Of a stretch of 64,000 nt of DNA, positions 53,661 through 63,316 are shown piece by piece (position 1 is the stretch's first letter; each line of letters opens with the position of its first letter). The position numbers and the translations under genes were made by a program. Origin of the DNA: Nitrosopumilus sp. (GTDB lineage: Archaea > Thermoproteota > Nitrososphaeria > Nitrososphaerales > Nitrosopumilaceae); assembly GCA_965224195.1 (NCBI GenBank), contig OZ245040.1:1312001-1376000 (forward strand), read 5' to 3'. Under the pieces are notes generated by a model. It had not been told where the DNA came from. It ran no database searches and saw nothing but the letters and a program-made list of their open reading frames with translations.

Positions 53661-54797
53661 TCAATAACCCCTGTAATAAAAATCACTAAATATAGGTGTA
53701 GAATAACTGATTGTGTGGCTTGGGTCCCATGTTCCGTCTTTTACTTTATTCATATACGTGTTCATTGCATTTACAGTTTTTCCTACGTTGCCACCATAAG
53801 GCAGATCAAAAACACAATAATCATGATATCGATCTGAGCCAGTTATTGGATCATCATGCCCAAAATACGAAGAACAGTCTTTTTGATCCAAATATACCCT
53901 CAACCCACCATCTGAAACCTTGGCAGGCCCCTCCACCTTAACTTGTGGCTCAAAACTATCATCATACCTGGAAGAAGGTGCATAACCTTTAGACGTGAAT
54001 ATCTCTAATCTACATATCGATGTTCCTGCACAACTCCTTTCATATTCTTTTCCTACCCAATCCTCAGACTTTACATAGTTTACCATGTTTTTTTGTATGT
54101 ATGACGGATCCTCATCTGGGCTAAGCTCATGCAAGCAATATTTGTCATACAGGAATTCTTCTAGATTTGGTTCATAACTATGAAAAAAGGCTATACTTCC
54201 CTCATTGCGTGCAAAAGCAACACTTTCCTCTAAAGTTTGTGCTTCATTATATGTAAAAAACCTATCAAAATAACTTACATCGACTAATGTTATCAGTCTA
54301 GCACAAGCATGTTCATCCCAAAAAACACTGGTGCCGTCATCTGATATATACGGCATGCTTAGTGCGGATGTGTCGATATAATCTACACCTAAAATGGAAA
54401 ATGAAAGTAAGGCAAAATGAACTATAAAAGGAGTAAATGTACTTACCCGATACTCATCAGATGGGTGAGGCAATGTAATTATAAGGTGCAATCTATTGTA
54501 TATTTTTTCAACACTTACTATGGTTGTCTTTGATTCAAAACCAGGCTGTATCTCGTCATACTTTAATGTAAAATCAACAAAGCCCCAACCCCTATCTATC
54601 AATGTATCAGCTGATGACTCTTTTACACAAGCATATGATTTTCCATTTGATTTAAAGAGTAAAACGTAACTGTCTTTGCATACGTTGCTATCTTCCATCG
54701 TAAAATCATATGCAAAATCCTCTGCAAATGCAGAAACTGAAGAGGCTGCTGAAACTGCAATCAATGCAAAAACCATCCAAACTGTTTTTTTCTGCAT
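53661..54797 (-). CDS. Secreted protein with N-terminal thaumarchaeal Cys-pair module
   Basis: Signal peptide ending AFA; CKDSYVLLFKSNGKSYACVKESSADTLIDRGWG. Confidence 0.8.
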   Translation of the reverse strand: MQKKTVWMVFALIAVSAASSVSAFAEDFAYDFTMEDSNVCKDSYVLLFKSNGKSYACVKESSADTLIDRGWGFVDFTLKYDEIQPGFESKTTIVSVEKIYNRLHLIITLPHPSDEYRVSTFTPFIVHFALLSFSILGVDYIDTSALSMPYISDDGTSVFWDEHACARLITLVDVSYFDRFFTYNEAQTLEESVAFARNEGSIAFFHSYEPNLEEFLYDKYCLHELSPDEDPSYIQKNMVNYVKSEDWVGKEYERSCAGTSICRLEIFTSKGYAPSSRYDDSFEPQVKVEGPAKVSDGGLRVYLDQKDCSSYFGHDDPITGSDRYHDYCVFDLPYGGNVGKTVNAMNTYMNKVKDGTWDPSHTISYSTPIFSDFYYRGY

Positions 54798-54899
54798 AAT
54801 TTAACTCAGATCAAACGATTCTAAAATACCTATTTACTAGGAGTTAACAGGAATTTCACGTCTCCATCATACCAAGCTTTTCGATCTATTGTGTAATAA

Positions 54900-55025
54900 T
54901 CACCGTTCAGGAATGACAAATGTGGGCATAGAGTCATGCATTGCAGCTGCTAACATGACAATAGTAATTGACCAAAATGCAATAAATGTACAAACACCTG
55001 TAATAATTACAATTTTTTTATTCAT
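54900..55025 (-). CDS. Small membrane peptide with MHDSMPT motif (41 aa, possibly truncated)
   Basis: Manual translation MNKKIVIITGVCTFIAFWSITIVMLAAAMHDSMPTFVIPER*. Confidence 0.5.
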   Translation of the reverse strand: MNKKIVIITGVCTFIAFWSITIVMLAAAMHDSMPTFVIPER

Positions 55026-55111
55026 GTTAAGACAGATACGAGATTAACATTATTAATCCAAAACAGATGACAACAACCAAGAAACCTACCAATATGGATG
55101 CTTTTAATGTG

Positions 55112-55375
55112 CTAAGGGATAACATCTAACTCCCCAACAATACTTGCATATTCTGATAAAACCTTCGGAGTAGATGGATGACAGAACTCCCACTCTGTTA
55201 TCGTTTTGCCTTCAGGATCCCCGATGGATTTTAGGAATTCTGGATATTTTTGGATACATACATCCAACCATGCCCTATCTTCCAAGTGGAGTAAAAGACT
55301 GTTTATTGTAACTATAAGTAGAGAGACCAAAATAAGAGTTACAAAAATGTAAAACGCATATTTTTTCTTACTCAT
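55112..55375 (-). CDS. Small membrane-anchored protein
   Basis: Transmembrane segment and Cys pair; start lies in a 16-bp tandem duplication. Confidence 0.65.
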   Translation of the reverse strand: MSKKKYAFYIFVTLILVSLLIVTINSLLLHLEDRAWLDVCIQKYPEFLKSIGDPEGKTITEWEFCHPSTPKVLSEYASIVGELDVIP

Positions 55376-55518
55376 ATTTTTTCTTACTCATATTTATTGT
55401 TTTATTTAACGTTTAATTCATTGATAATATTTTTCCAAGGTGAGAAAATACTATATGATTTACCGGGTTTACACACAGTAAAGTCAAAAGTGTTTTTTCC
55501 ATGAATTTTTCTGTTAAT

Positions 55519-55760
55519 CTAAATACAATTATTTGTATATAATTCCACAAGTGAATCATATCCGCCTGTAATTGTTTTTCTGTTCTTTGATTCTAAAAAT
55601 CTACCCAGAAATTCATCTAATGTTTCAGTACAATTTTTTGGGATTGGAAGTGTTATAATTGTAGGCATTGAGTCATGCATTGACAAATAAGCTAATGAAA
55701 AAAACCTATCCAAAATGTAAGAAAAATTACTAATATAATAATTACAATTTTTTTATTCAA
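55519..55760 (-). pseudogene. MHDSMPT-motif membrane protein frameshifted at a T7 run
   Basis: LNKKIVIILVIFLTFWIGFF joins SLAYLSMHDSMPT if one T is added at 55698-55704. Confidence 0.6.
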
Positions 55761-55762
55761 TT

Positions 55763-57436
55763 TTAAGGCCAATTAAAATGATAGCTAGATCTGAGCTGTG
55801 TCATGTAATTTGTATGACGACAAACTTGGTCAGAGTCTATGTAAAGTGCACATCCATTTTCATCAATCATTGCAGTACCGTTTGAATAAACCATAAGATA
55901 CGGAAATCCATGATTATCAGAAAAATCAGATTGTATGTAATCATTCATGGTAGCAAAACATTTACGTAAATTACTACCATCATTATAAAATATACAGTAT
56001 GGTTTGCCTTTGATATCTATTGTTATTGGTTTTAACATTGTTATACGTTGACAGTCTTTTCCCATACCTTTAGAAAGTGCACATCCATTTTCATCAATCA
56101 TTGCAGTACCGTTTGAATAAACCATAAGATACGGTCCATGATCTGTAAATGAAGATCCTTGGTATTGTTTTAATTCCTGAATATTCCTAAAACATGCATA
56201 AAGATCAGACCAATCAGGATAAAAGATACAATATGGCTCATATCTACGATCAAGTTTGTCAAGCGGTTCTGCTAATTCTATCAAGGAATCCATTGAAGTA
56301 CCACTATCCAAGTTTACATTTACACATGCATTAAGATTGACAGGACAGTGATGCATGTATTGTTGATTTTCATTATCTGGTGAAAATTGCATGACACCTT
56401 CTTTGTCTGGATATGCTTCTAGCAATTCTTTGATATATTCTGATGGAAATGAGGTGTTGTCATGCAACCACTGTTTCATGTCATCAGTATCAATAGTTTC
56501 TAAAAATTTTGCAAGTTTATCTATTGGAGGCAGAATTTCATTGCCTTGTGTTGGAATGGTAACTTTTTCAGGGGTTGTATCAACAGGATACTTTTTTACG
56601 GTACCATCTGTGTTGTTGATGGAGTCAATAGAACCAAACCCATCTATTTGAGGCCATGGTACATCATAAAAAGTTACAATATTTCCCGTAACCCTTGGAT
56701 AGACATAATGCAATAGACTATTCTTTCCTATTATTATAGGACTATCAATGTGATCTAGTTTGTCATTTACACTCATTTTTATTTCAAAAATCTGCCCATC
56801 AGCAGTATTATTGAAGAAAAAATTAACAAGTGTGGTATGTGTAGTTTTTCTGTATTGCTCATCAAAGCCAGTATAGTCGATTATAGAGCCGGGATTTAAG
56901 ACAGCTGTCTTGTTTGAATGCGTTACAAATAAGGCATCATCATAACAAATTGATCTGGGCATTTCTAGCTGTTCTACTATCTCATCATCTTCATCAAATA
57001 TTGCAAATGTATGATTATAACTAATTATAAACTCGTCACCAAGTCTTACCTGTTTTGGCATGTTAACAGAGATGTTCTTTGGGTATTCAGCACATATATG
57101 AGTAATTGATGATACATGCTGGCTGGTTTGTAAAGTCAGTACATCAGAACTTGGAACATCAATGACATTAGTTTTTTCAGATGATGTTTTAAGAGTTGTT
57201 TGCAAACTGAGTTTTTGCATTAGTTTATCACTACTACATACAACTTTTCCATTATCACGTAATGCTATTTTGTGTTCTGGGTTTTTGCACTGTATGTTAT
57301 CTAGTGGAACGCCATTTGCATATTGTTTTAGTATTGATGAAATGCCATCTCCTGGCAGCTGGTTTGCAAATGCACTGCCAGGTACAAGCAATACAGCAGA
57401 AAACATCACTACAGATGCCAGAAGATGAGGTTTCAT
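55763..57436 (-). CDS. Secreted protein with Cys-pair module and duplicated C-terminal Cys-rich domain
   Basis: Signal MKPHLLASVV...AFA from ATG 57436; PYCIFY...PYLMVYSNGTAMIDENGCAL occurs twice. Confidence 0.8.
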   Translation of the reverse strand: MKPHLLASVVMFSAVLLVPGSAFANQLPGDGISSILKQYANGVPLDNIQCKNPEHKIALRDNGKVVCSSDKLMQKLSLQTTLKTSSEKTNVIDVPSSDVLTLQTSQHVSSITHICAEYPKNISVNMPKQVRLGDEFIISYNHTFAIFDEDDEIVEQLEMPRSICYDDALFVTHSNKTAVLNPGSIIDYTGFDEQYRKTTHTTLVNFFFNNTADGQIFEIKMSVNDKLDHIDSPIIIGKNSLLHYVYPRVTGNIVTFYDVPWPQIDGFGSIDSINNTDGTVKKYPVDTTPEKVTIPTQGNEILPPIDKLAKFLETIDTDDMKQWLHDNTSFPSEYIKELLEAYPDKEGVMQFSPDNENQQYMHHCPVNLNACVNVNLDSGTSMDSLIELAEPLDKLDRRYEPYCIFYPDWSDLYACFRNIQELKQYQGSSFTDHGPYLMVYSNGTAMIDENGCALSKGMGKDCQRITMLKPITIDIKGKPYCIFYNDGSNLRKCFATMNDYIQSDFSDNHGFPYLMVYSNGTAMIDENGCALYIDSDQVCRHTNYMTQLRSSYHFNWP

Positions 57437-57438
57437 AA

Positions 57439-58180
57439 TCAACTCATCCCAATACTCTCCAGTACATAATGATTGATGCCAGGTAAACAAGTCCAAGATA
57501 GTTCTCGCAGTTCCTTTCATATCTTATGGCAGTTCTTCTAAATCCACACTTGAGCCATGCAAAGAATCTCTCCACTACAAACATGGTCCTGCTGTAATTG
57601 CTTTGCATGTTTTTTGGCACAACAAGCTTGAAATTATTCCTGTATGGAATGCAGCAAACCATTCCGTTGCATCTCAGATAGTCTCTGATGCATCTTGCAT
57701 CATGGCCCTTCTCTGCATGGACTGAAACAGTCCCTTCTGCCATCTCATCATCATCATCCAAAAACTCTGAAATGTTTTGCATGACATCAATGAATTTTGT
57801 ACTGTCATGAATATTTGCAGTACTCATTACAATTGATATTGGCAATCCGTTTTGCTCTGCTGCAACATGTATCTTTGTGCCTAGAATCTTCTTGAATCCG
57901 TCATATCCAGTTACGTTGCCCCCCTTTTTTTATTGTGGATTGTTGATGAGTCAGCTGATATTTTCTGCATGTTAATCTTGTTTTGCTTGTATGCTGATTT
58001 TATTGCACATCTGAGAATCTTTTTTCAAATTCCTTTCTGCTGCAGATTTTGGAATCTCCTGTGTGCAGATGATTTGGAGCCATACCTTGAAGGCAGGTCA
58101 ATCCATCTGCAGCCCGTAATCAGTACAAACATTATTGCATCAATTGTGGTCCTGTCGTCTGCTCTTGGCCACTTGTGGCA
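57439..58180 (-). mobile_element. IS5-family element (two-ORF type), degraded and 5'-truncated
   Basis: RADDRTTIDAIMFVLITGCRWIDLP..YG, TGA at 58025-58027, A7G6 slippery site, VVERFFAWLK. Confidence 0.9.
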
Positions 58181-58938
58181 TTTGGGTTAACTCCAAACCA
58201 AAGTAAAATATTTTTCTATTTAGGGAAAATTGGTGCAAAAACTGCCTCAGATATTGCAAAAGCTGTTGGGTACCAAGAAGTGAAACATATCATTTACTAA
58301 CAGCATTACAAAACAAAGGAATTGTAGAAGCATCATTTCAACACCCAATTCAATTTTCAGCATTAACAATCAAAAACGCAATTAATCTTCTAATCAGTAC
58401 AGAAACAGAAAGATTAAACAAATTAAAAAAATCAGGACCAGAACTAGAAGAAATATGGGAAAAAGTTCCAAATGCTACATCAACAATTGAAGAAGACGAA
58501 GAAGAAAAATTCAAAGTATTACAAGGAGGAAATCAAGTTAATAGTAAAATTTTTGATATGATATTAAATGCAAAAGAAGAATGCAGAATTTTAGGTTCAG
58601 AAAAAGACTTTATGAAGTTTTATCATGCAAACTTTCTTGATGCATTAGAAGAGAGAAAAATAGATTACAAATTATTAACTCCAATTACAAAAAAATCAAA
58701 ATACATTTTTGAAGATAACCATCAATCTAAAGTCAAAAAATTATGTTCATCAGTAAAAGGAAACTTGTGCTTTTTGATCAAAGATGATGATGAAGTGTTA
58801 TTTTTTATCAAAAATGAAGGCAATAATAAAGAAATGAGAGCAATTTGGACAAACTCTGAAACTATCATTTGTTCTAAAGCATTATTGTTTAACAGTATTT
58901 GGTCAAAATCAGATTCAACTGAGGTAGATAGTCAATGA
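58181..58938 (+). pseudogene. TrmB-family regulator, N-terminally cut by the IS and frameshifted
   Basis: FGLTPNQSKIFFYL..G..TASDIA then shifted VPRSETYHLLTALQNKGIV. Confidence 0.8.
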
Positions 58939-59039
58939 GCAGATGTAGTTGTGGATACAGCACTAGATGCAGAGATGAATTTTGTGCACATTTAGCAGAA
59001 ACTTGGAATGATTTTAGAAACGTACACGATTTAAGATAA

Positions 59040-59453
59040 TTAAACTAAGGAATCATCATTAACTTCAATAGGTTTACGGCCCATAAAACCAGAATCTTTT
59101 TCATGCCAGAATTTAATTTCAGTCTCACCGTATTTCCAACAGAGCCAAACTTCCTCTTCAAATCGTTTGGATGGAAAATCAAGTAATCCTTGTTCAATAC
59201 TTTTTACGACTACGCCAGTATTTTCCAATATTTCCACAGAATCATAGAATTTAGTAATTGCAGAATTTAGTTTTTGTTTTAGATTAACATAAGATTCAAA
59301 GGAATTCGTAGTAGAGATGCTAATTTGTAATTCTTGTTCAATTTTTCTTACTTCAGTATTTTTTACAAGAGCATATTCAAATTTCTTTATCACATCAGGT
59401 AATGCAGTGTTTGCTTCATTTGTAGTAAAAAACGAAAACATGTAATTTCTCAT
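59040..59453 (-). CDS. DUF2203 family protein
   Basis: FT..EAN..LP, GLLDFP, LCWKYGE and WHEKDSGFMGRKP motifs. Confidence 0.9.
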   Translation of the reverse strand: MRNYMFSFFTTNEANTALPDVIKKFEYALVKNTEVRKIEQELQISISTTNSFESYVNLKQKLNSAITKFYDSVEILENTGVVVKSIEQGLLDFPSKRFEEEVWLCWKYGETEIKFWHEKDSGFMGRKPIEVNDDSLV

Positions 59454-59500
59454 AAAATAGAGATTAAAAATCTTAGGTGCAGATTTATTAAGAAATAAAA

Positions 59501-59791
59501 TTGAGAATATTCATGAGTGAGGATCAATTAGAGGCATTAATTATTCAAGTAATCAATGGAGCAGTAACTACAATTCCATCATATCTAGATGAAATTAAAG
59601 AAAACAAAGAAATGTTAAAAGTTGAAAACCCACAAGAGTTTGTTTATGGAATAGTAATGGGAATGGCACTTGGAATGGGAGGAGCAATACTCAGCGCTCA
59701 AAAAGAAATGCCAACAGAAGAAGATCAAATAAAAATTAGAGATATAGTATACAAGCATATTCCAGAAATAAGAGAACGAATTTTTAGTTGA
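59501..59791 (+). CDS. Conserved hypothetical protein
   Basis: 96-aa ORF. Confidence 0.75.
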   Translation: MRIFMSEDQLEALIIQVINGAVTTIPSYLDEIKENKEMLKVENPQEFVYGIVMGMALGMGGAILSAQKEMPTEEDQIKIRDIVYKHIPEIRERIFS

Positions 59792-60186
59792 TTGAATTTA
59801 ACGGTAAAGAAAAAAAATTTCTAAACGAATTAGAAGAAGCAAGAATAGATACATCACATGACAATATTCCACATGTAAAACCAGTGTCATTTGTATTTGT
59901 AGATAATTCAATTATTGTGGCAACTGACTATAACACAAGAACATACAATAACATCAAAATAAATTCAAAGACAGGAATTGTAATTGATATTTACAAAACT
60001 GGAGAACATAAAGCAATCTGCATTCAAGGCGATGTAGAAATAATTGAAGCCGGATCTGATTTTAAAAAATTCTATAGTATTTTTTATAAAAAATTTACAT
60101 GGGTAAGAAAAGACCCATGGAAAGAAAACGAAGCCCCATTTTTGAAAATCATACCCAATAACAAAATTAGTTGGGGATTATCCTAA
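59788..60186 (+). CDS. Pyridoxamine 5'-phosphate oxidase-like FMN-binding protein
   Basis: PHVKPVSF, IQG.VE and ISWGL motifs. Confidence 0.85.
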   Translation: MIEFNGKEKKFLNELEEARIDTSHDNIPHVKPVSFVFVDNSIIVATDYNTRTYNNIKINSKTGIVIDIYKTGEHKAICIQGDVEIIEAGSDFKKFYSIFYKKFTWVRKDPWKENEAPFLKIIPNNKISWGLS

Positions 60187-60617
60187 GAAATTACTTCTTG
60201 TTCAATTTGAGACAAGAGCCCCTGAACAGAGATGGGTTTTCTTAAGACTGACCGAATTCCTATATTCAATAGTTCTTGTTCTTGGATAGGATTCATTTCA
60301 AGGGCACTGACAATTACCACTTTAGATAACCCTGAAGGACGTCTATGCTTTAGGTCTAAAAGGAAATCCACTCCACTATACTTTGGCATACACATGTCAA
60401 GTAAAATTAAATCATAGTCTTTGTAGACTGCCAATTCCAAACCAGCTCTACCATCAGATACACTGTCAAAATCATAATTTTTAGTAGATAAAATGTCTGC
60501 AAAAATCTGGCTTATTTCAGATACATCTTCAATATGAAGTATTTCCATACTATATGAAATAAAGTTAGAGTGATAAGAACAAGTTTGCTCATTTGAACAA
60601 ACTAGAATATTTATCAA
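60183..60617 (-). CDS. Single-domain response regulator
   Basis: ILHIED, DLILLDMCMP, SA and RKP motifs; likely start ATG at 60548. Confidence 0.88.
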   Translation of the reverse strand: MINILVCSNEQTCSYHSNFISYSMEILHIEDVSEISQIFADILSTKNYDFDSVSDGRAGLELAVYKDYDLILLDMCMPKYSGVDFLLDLKHRRPSGLSKVVIVSALEMNPIQEQELLNIGIRSVLRKPISVQGLLSQIEQEVIS

Positions 60618-60837
60618 AATACATCATAGATTTGAATTGCTTCTAAAACTTTTAGAATATGGAATATTTTTTATTTATGACAATCACAATTACAGATATC
60701 AGGAACACATCTATGAGATAAACAGTCTTTGCAGCCTTTACTTCGTCCACTTTTTACCCTTAACCAATCTTTATCCAATTCGTAATTTCTTGAAGAAATA
60801 CTAACAAATAAAGAGATGAAATTATTTTACACTTGTA

Positions 60838-61116
60838 TCGAGTAACAAGATAAAATGTTCCCACATACTAGTAGCAAAACAAAGTGAAGCATTAATCATT
60901 CTAGAAAAGATCAAAAACGGTGAAAAATTTGCTAATTTGGCAAAAGAATTTTCAACTGACACAGGCAGTGGCAAAAAAGAAGGGAATCTAGGCTATTTTA
61001 CAAAAGGAATGATGGTAAAACCATTTGAAGATGCAGCATTCAGACTTCAAGTTGGAGAAATTTCAGAACCAATCAAATCAGAGTTTGGATATCACATTAT
61101 CAAAAGACAAGGATAA
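60838..61116 (+). CDS. Parvulin-type peptidyl-prolyl isomerase lacking a canonical start codon
   Basis: Manual translation SNKIKCSHILV...GNLGYF..GMMVKPFEDAAF.L..GEISEPIKSEFGYHIIKR*; first codon is TCG. Confidence 0.85.
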   Translation, partial: SSNKIKCSHILVAKQSEALIILEKIKNGEKFANLAKEFSTDTGSGKKEGNLGYFTKGMMVKPFEDAAFRLQVGEISEPIKSEFGYHIIKRQG

Positions 61117-61375
61117 TTCAAAGTGAAGATTTTGATTGTTTAACCTTTTCAAAATCATCATTAATTTTCTGACTAATTTTCTTAAAATCTTCTTTAATTT
61201 CCTTGTGGAGTTTTTTCTCTTTTTGAACTAAATCTCTCATTTCTTTTGATTTGTTACTAATTGACAATACTCAATAATGAATTTGAACAGTTTAGAAGAT
61301 AATTATCAATTTCAACATCTAAAAAACCAAAATAAAATACACAACATTTTTTTCAGCTAAAAAAGGGACAAAAAT

Positions 61376-61648
61376 ATGGTGCTAGATGACAAAATTCTGG
61401 ATGAAATCTTGGATTATCTAGAAAAATCAATTAATAATTTAGCAAAAGAAGCATTTGAGAATCTTGAATTGGAAGGAGGGTTTCAAGGAGTGGAAAATTT
61501 TCTTAAAAATCAATACGATATTAGATTAGAAAATCTATTGTCTGCAAAAAAGAGCAGTATACACCATTTAGAGTCTAGTATGAAAAATAAAATAATTCAA
61601 AGAAAACAATCTATTTTTGAAAACATTACAAGTAAATATCAAAATTAG
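61376..61648 (+). CDS. Conserved hypothetical protein
   Basis: 90-aa ORF. Confidence 0.7.
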   Translation: MVLDDKILDEILDYLEKSINNLAKEAFENLELEGGFQGVENFLKNQYDIRLENLLSAKKSSIHHLESSMKNKIIQRKQSIFENITSKYQN

Positions 61649-63153
61649 AGAAAAGCATCCAGTCCAGATTTTTTAGAATCAATTTCTTGATTTTTCTCCA
61701 ATACTTGTGTCATTTTTTCCCCCATTGATTTTGCTGCAGTCATCTTTCGTTTTCCTATCCAATAATATGTTTCATCAATAGTGTTTTTTGCTATTAGCAC
61801 TACTAGTTTACCAGTATCTTTTCTACCCGTTCTCCCTCTTCGTTGGATAAATCGTACAGAACTTGGAACGTTATCGTAAAAAATTACCTGATTAACTTCT
61901 GCAATATCCAATCCTTCTTCACCAACACGTGTGGCAACAAGTACTCTAAAAAGCCCATCTCGAAAATTTTGGACAGTTTCAATCTGTTTTTTCTGTTTCA
62001 ATCCAGTATCTCCGGCTTTTCCAATTAAAATTCCAGCAGAAATTCCCAATTCAGTAAGTTTAGTATAAATTAAATCAACAGAGTCACGATAGCTTGTAAA
62101 GATCAATGCTTTTCCAGGAACAGATTCAATGATTTCTTTGAGTTTAGGAATCTTTGAATGTTCAATGCCATGAGATTGTGCTTCATTTGCCAATTGAATT
62201 GCTCGTGTAAAATTTGGATCAATTTCAAATAATTCTTTAACACCCACACCTTTCTTTGCTTTTGCACGTTCACAGAATTTTAGAAATGGTGTAATTCCAT
62301 GAGCCTCTAAAATATTTAGTGCATAATGAATTCTAATTGCAGTGAAGAGAGGTTTTGCAGAACGTCTGTTCTGATTTAATACAAATTGTCTTATTCGGAG
62401 AAGAGCTGATAGTGATTGTTGTTCTGCCAAACGTATTCCGTTTTTTCTTAAAAGGTCATATCTTTCATCCAATGCTAGTTTCAATAATTTTTGTATAGCC
62501 TTCAACTCAGGAGGAAGTTCAACGTTAATCCATTCAGTATGGGTTTCTTGGGTGTAAGGTTTTACATCTGGACTATCTTCAGTACGCTCAGCCACACTAG
62601 AAATTCGAAGTTTTGTTAGAATTTCAGTAGCTTTATCTTTTTCGCTAGGTAAAGTAGCAGTCATCCCTACAATTCTAGCAGAAGAATTTTCAAATCGTTC
62701 TGCTATTCCAGAGTATGCATAATCACCTACAGTTCTATGTACTTCATCAAACACCACAAGAGTAAATTGCTCTGGAGTAACAATACCACGAACTAAATCA
62801 TTCCTAGTAATTTCAGGAGTTGCACAAACAATGCTATTATTCCAAAGTTTAGTTCGCTTTGAAATTGGATCCTCGCCAGTAACTAGGGAGATATCATCTA
62901 GAGTAAGATTATTTTTTAAAAAATCATAGTGTTGATTGACCAAAACTCTAGTGGGTGCTAAAAATAATATACCTCCAGTACCTTTTGACAAATATTCAGA
63001 AATAACATGTAGTGCAACAGCAGTTTTTCCAAGACCTGTAGGTAAAACCACAATACAGTTTTCTTCAATAGCTTGATTTGCCAGATTAATTTGATAATCT
63101 CGTTTCTCTATAGAATTTTTTTTTACATACTTTTTTTCAACAAAATCCGTCAT
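61645..63153 (-). CDS. Hef/FANCM-like SF2 helicase (no nuclease domain)
   Basis: RDYQ, LPTGLGKT, DEVH, EEGLDI and QRRGRTGR motifs. Confidence 0.92.
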   Translation of the reverse strand: MTDFVEKKYVKKNSIEKRDYQINLANQAIEENCIVVLPTGLGKTAVALHVISEYLSKGTGGILFLAPTRVLVNQHYDFLKNNLTLDDISLVTGEDPISKRTKLWNNSIVCATPEITRNDLVRGIVTPEQFTLVVFDEVHRTVGDYAYSGIAERFENSSARIVGMTATLPSEKDKATEILTKLRISSVAERTEDSPDVKPYTQETHTEWINVELPPELKAIQKLLKLALDERYDLLRKNGIRLAEQQSLSALLRIRQFVLNQNRRSAKPLFTAIRIHYALNILEAHGITPFLKFCERAKAKKGVGVKELFEIDPNFTRAIQLANEAQSHGIEHSKIPKLKEIIESVPGKALIFTSYRDSVDLIYTKLTELGISAGILIGKAGDTGLKQKKQIETVQNFRDGLFRVLVATRVGEEGLDIAEVNQVIFYDNVPSSVRFIQRRGRTGRKDTGKLVVLIAKNTIDETYYWIGKRKMTAAKSMGEKMTQVLEKNQEIDSKKSGLDAFL

Positions 63154-63316
63154 TGTACATAGGAAGATCGTAATTTATTGATTTTATGCTTTCGTATAGT
63201 GAAATACTATGTCACAGTCACTTTTTTTTGAAATATCATTCATCATTTACAATAATGATCGCATATACAATTCCAATTAGCGTGATCCATATATTGAACA
63301 GACAGACAGGATTCAT

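Noticed and set aside
55843-56134. DGR template/variable repeat pair
   Set aside because: The shared core is identical rather than differing at adenines, both copies are in-frame domains of one gene, and no reverse transcriptase is present.
57437-57520. N-terminal 28 aa of the 585-aa ORF in the track
   Set aside because: This stretch is IS5 sequence read in another frame; the signal peptide starts at ATG 57436.
5464-58027. TGA recoded as Trp (TGA at likely Trp positions 5464, 10764, 50615 and 58025)
   Set aside because: Intact core genes use TGG for Trp and several end in TGA (gatA, gatB, pduO). Equivalent lesions are also TAG or TAA, so these are nonsense mutations.
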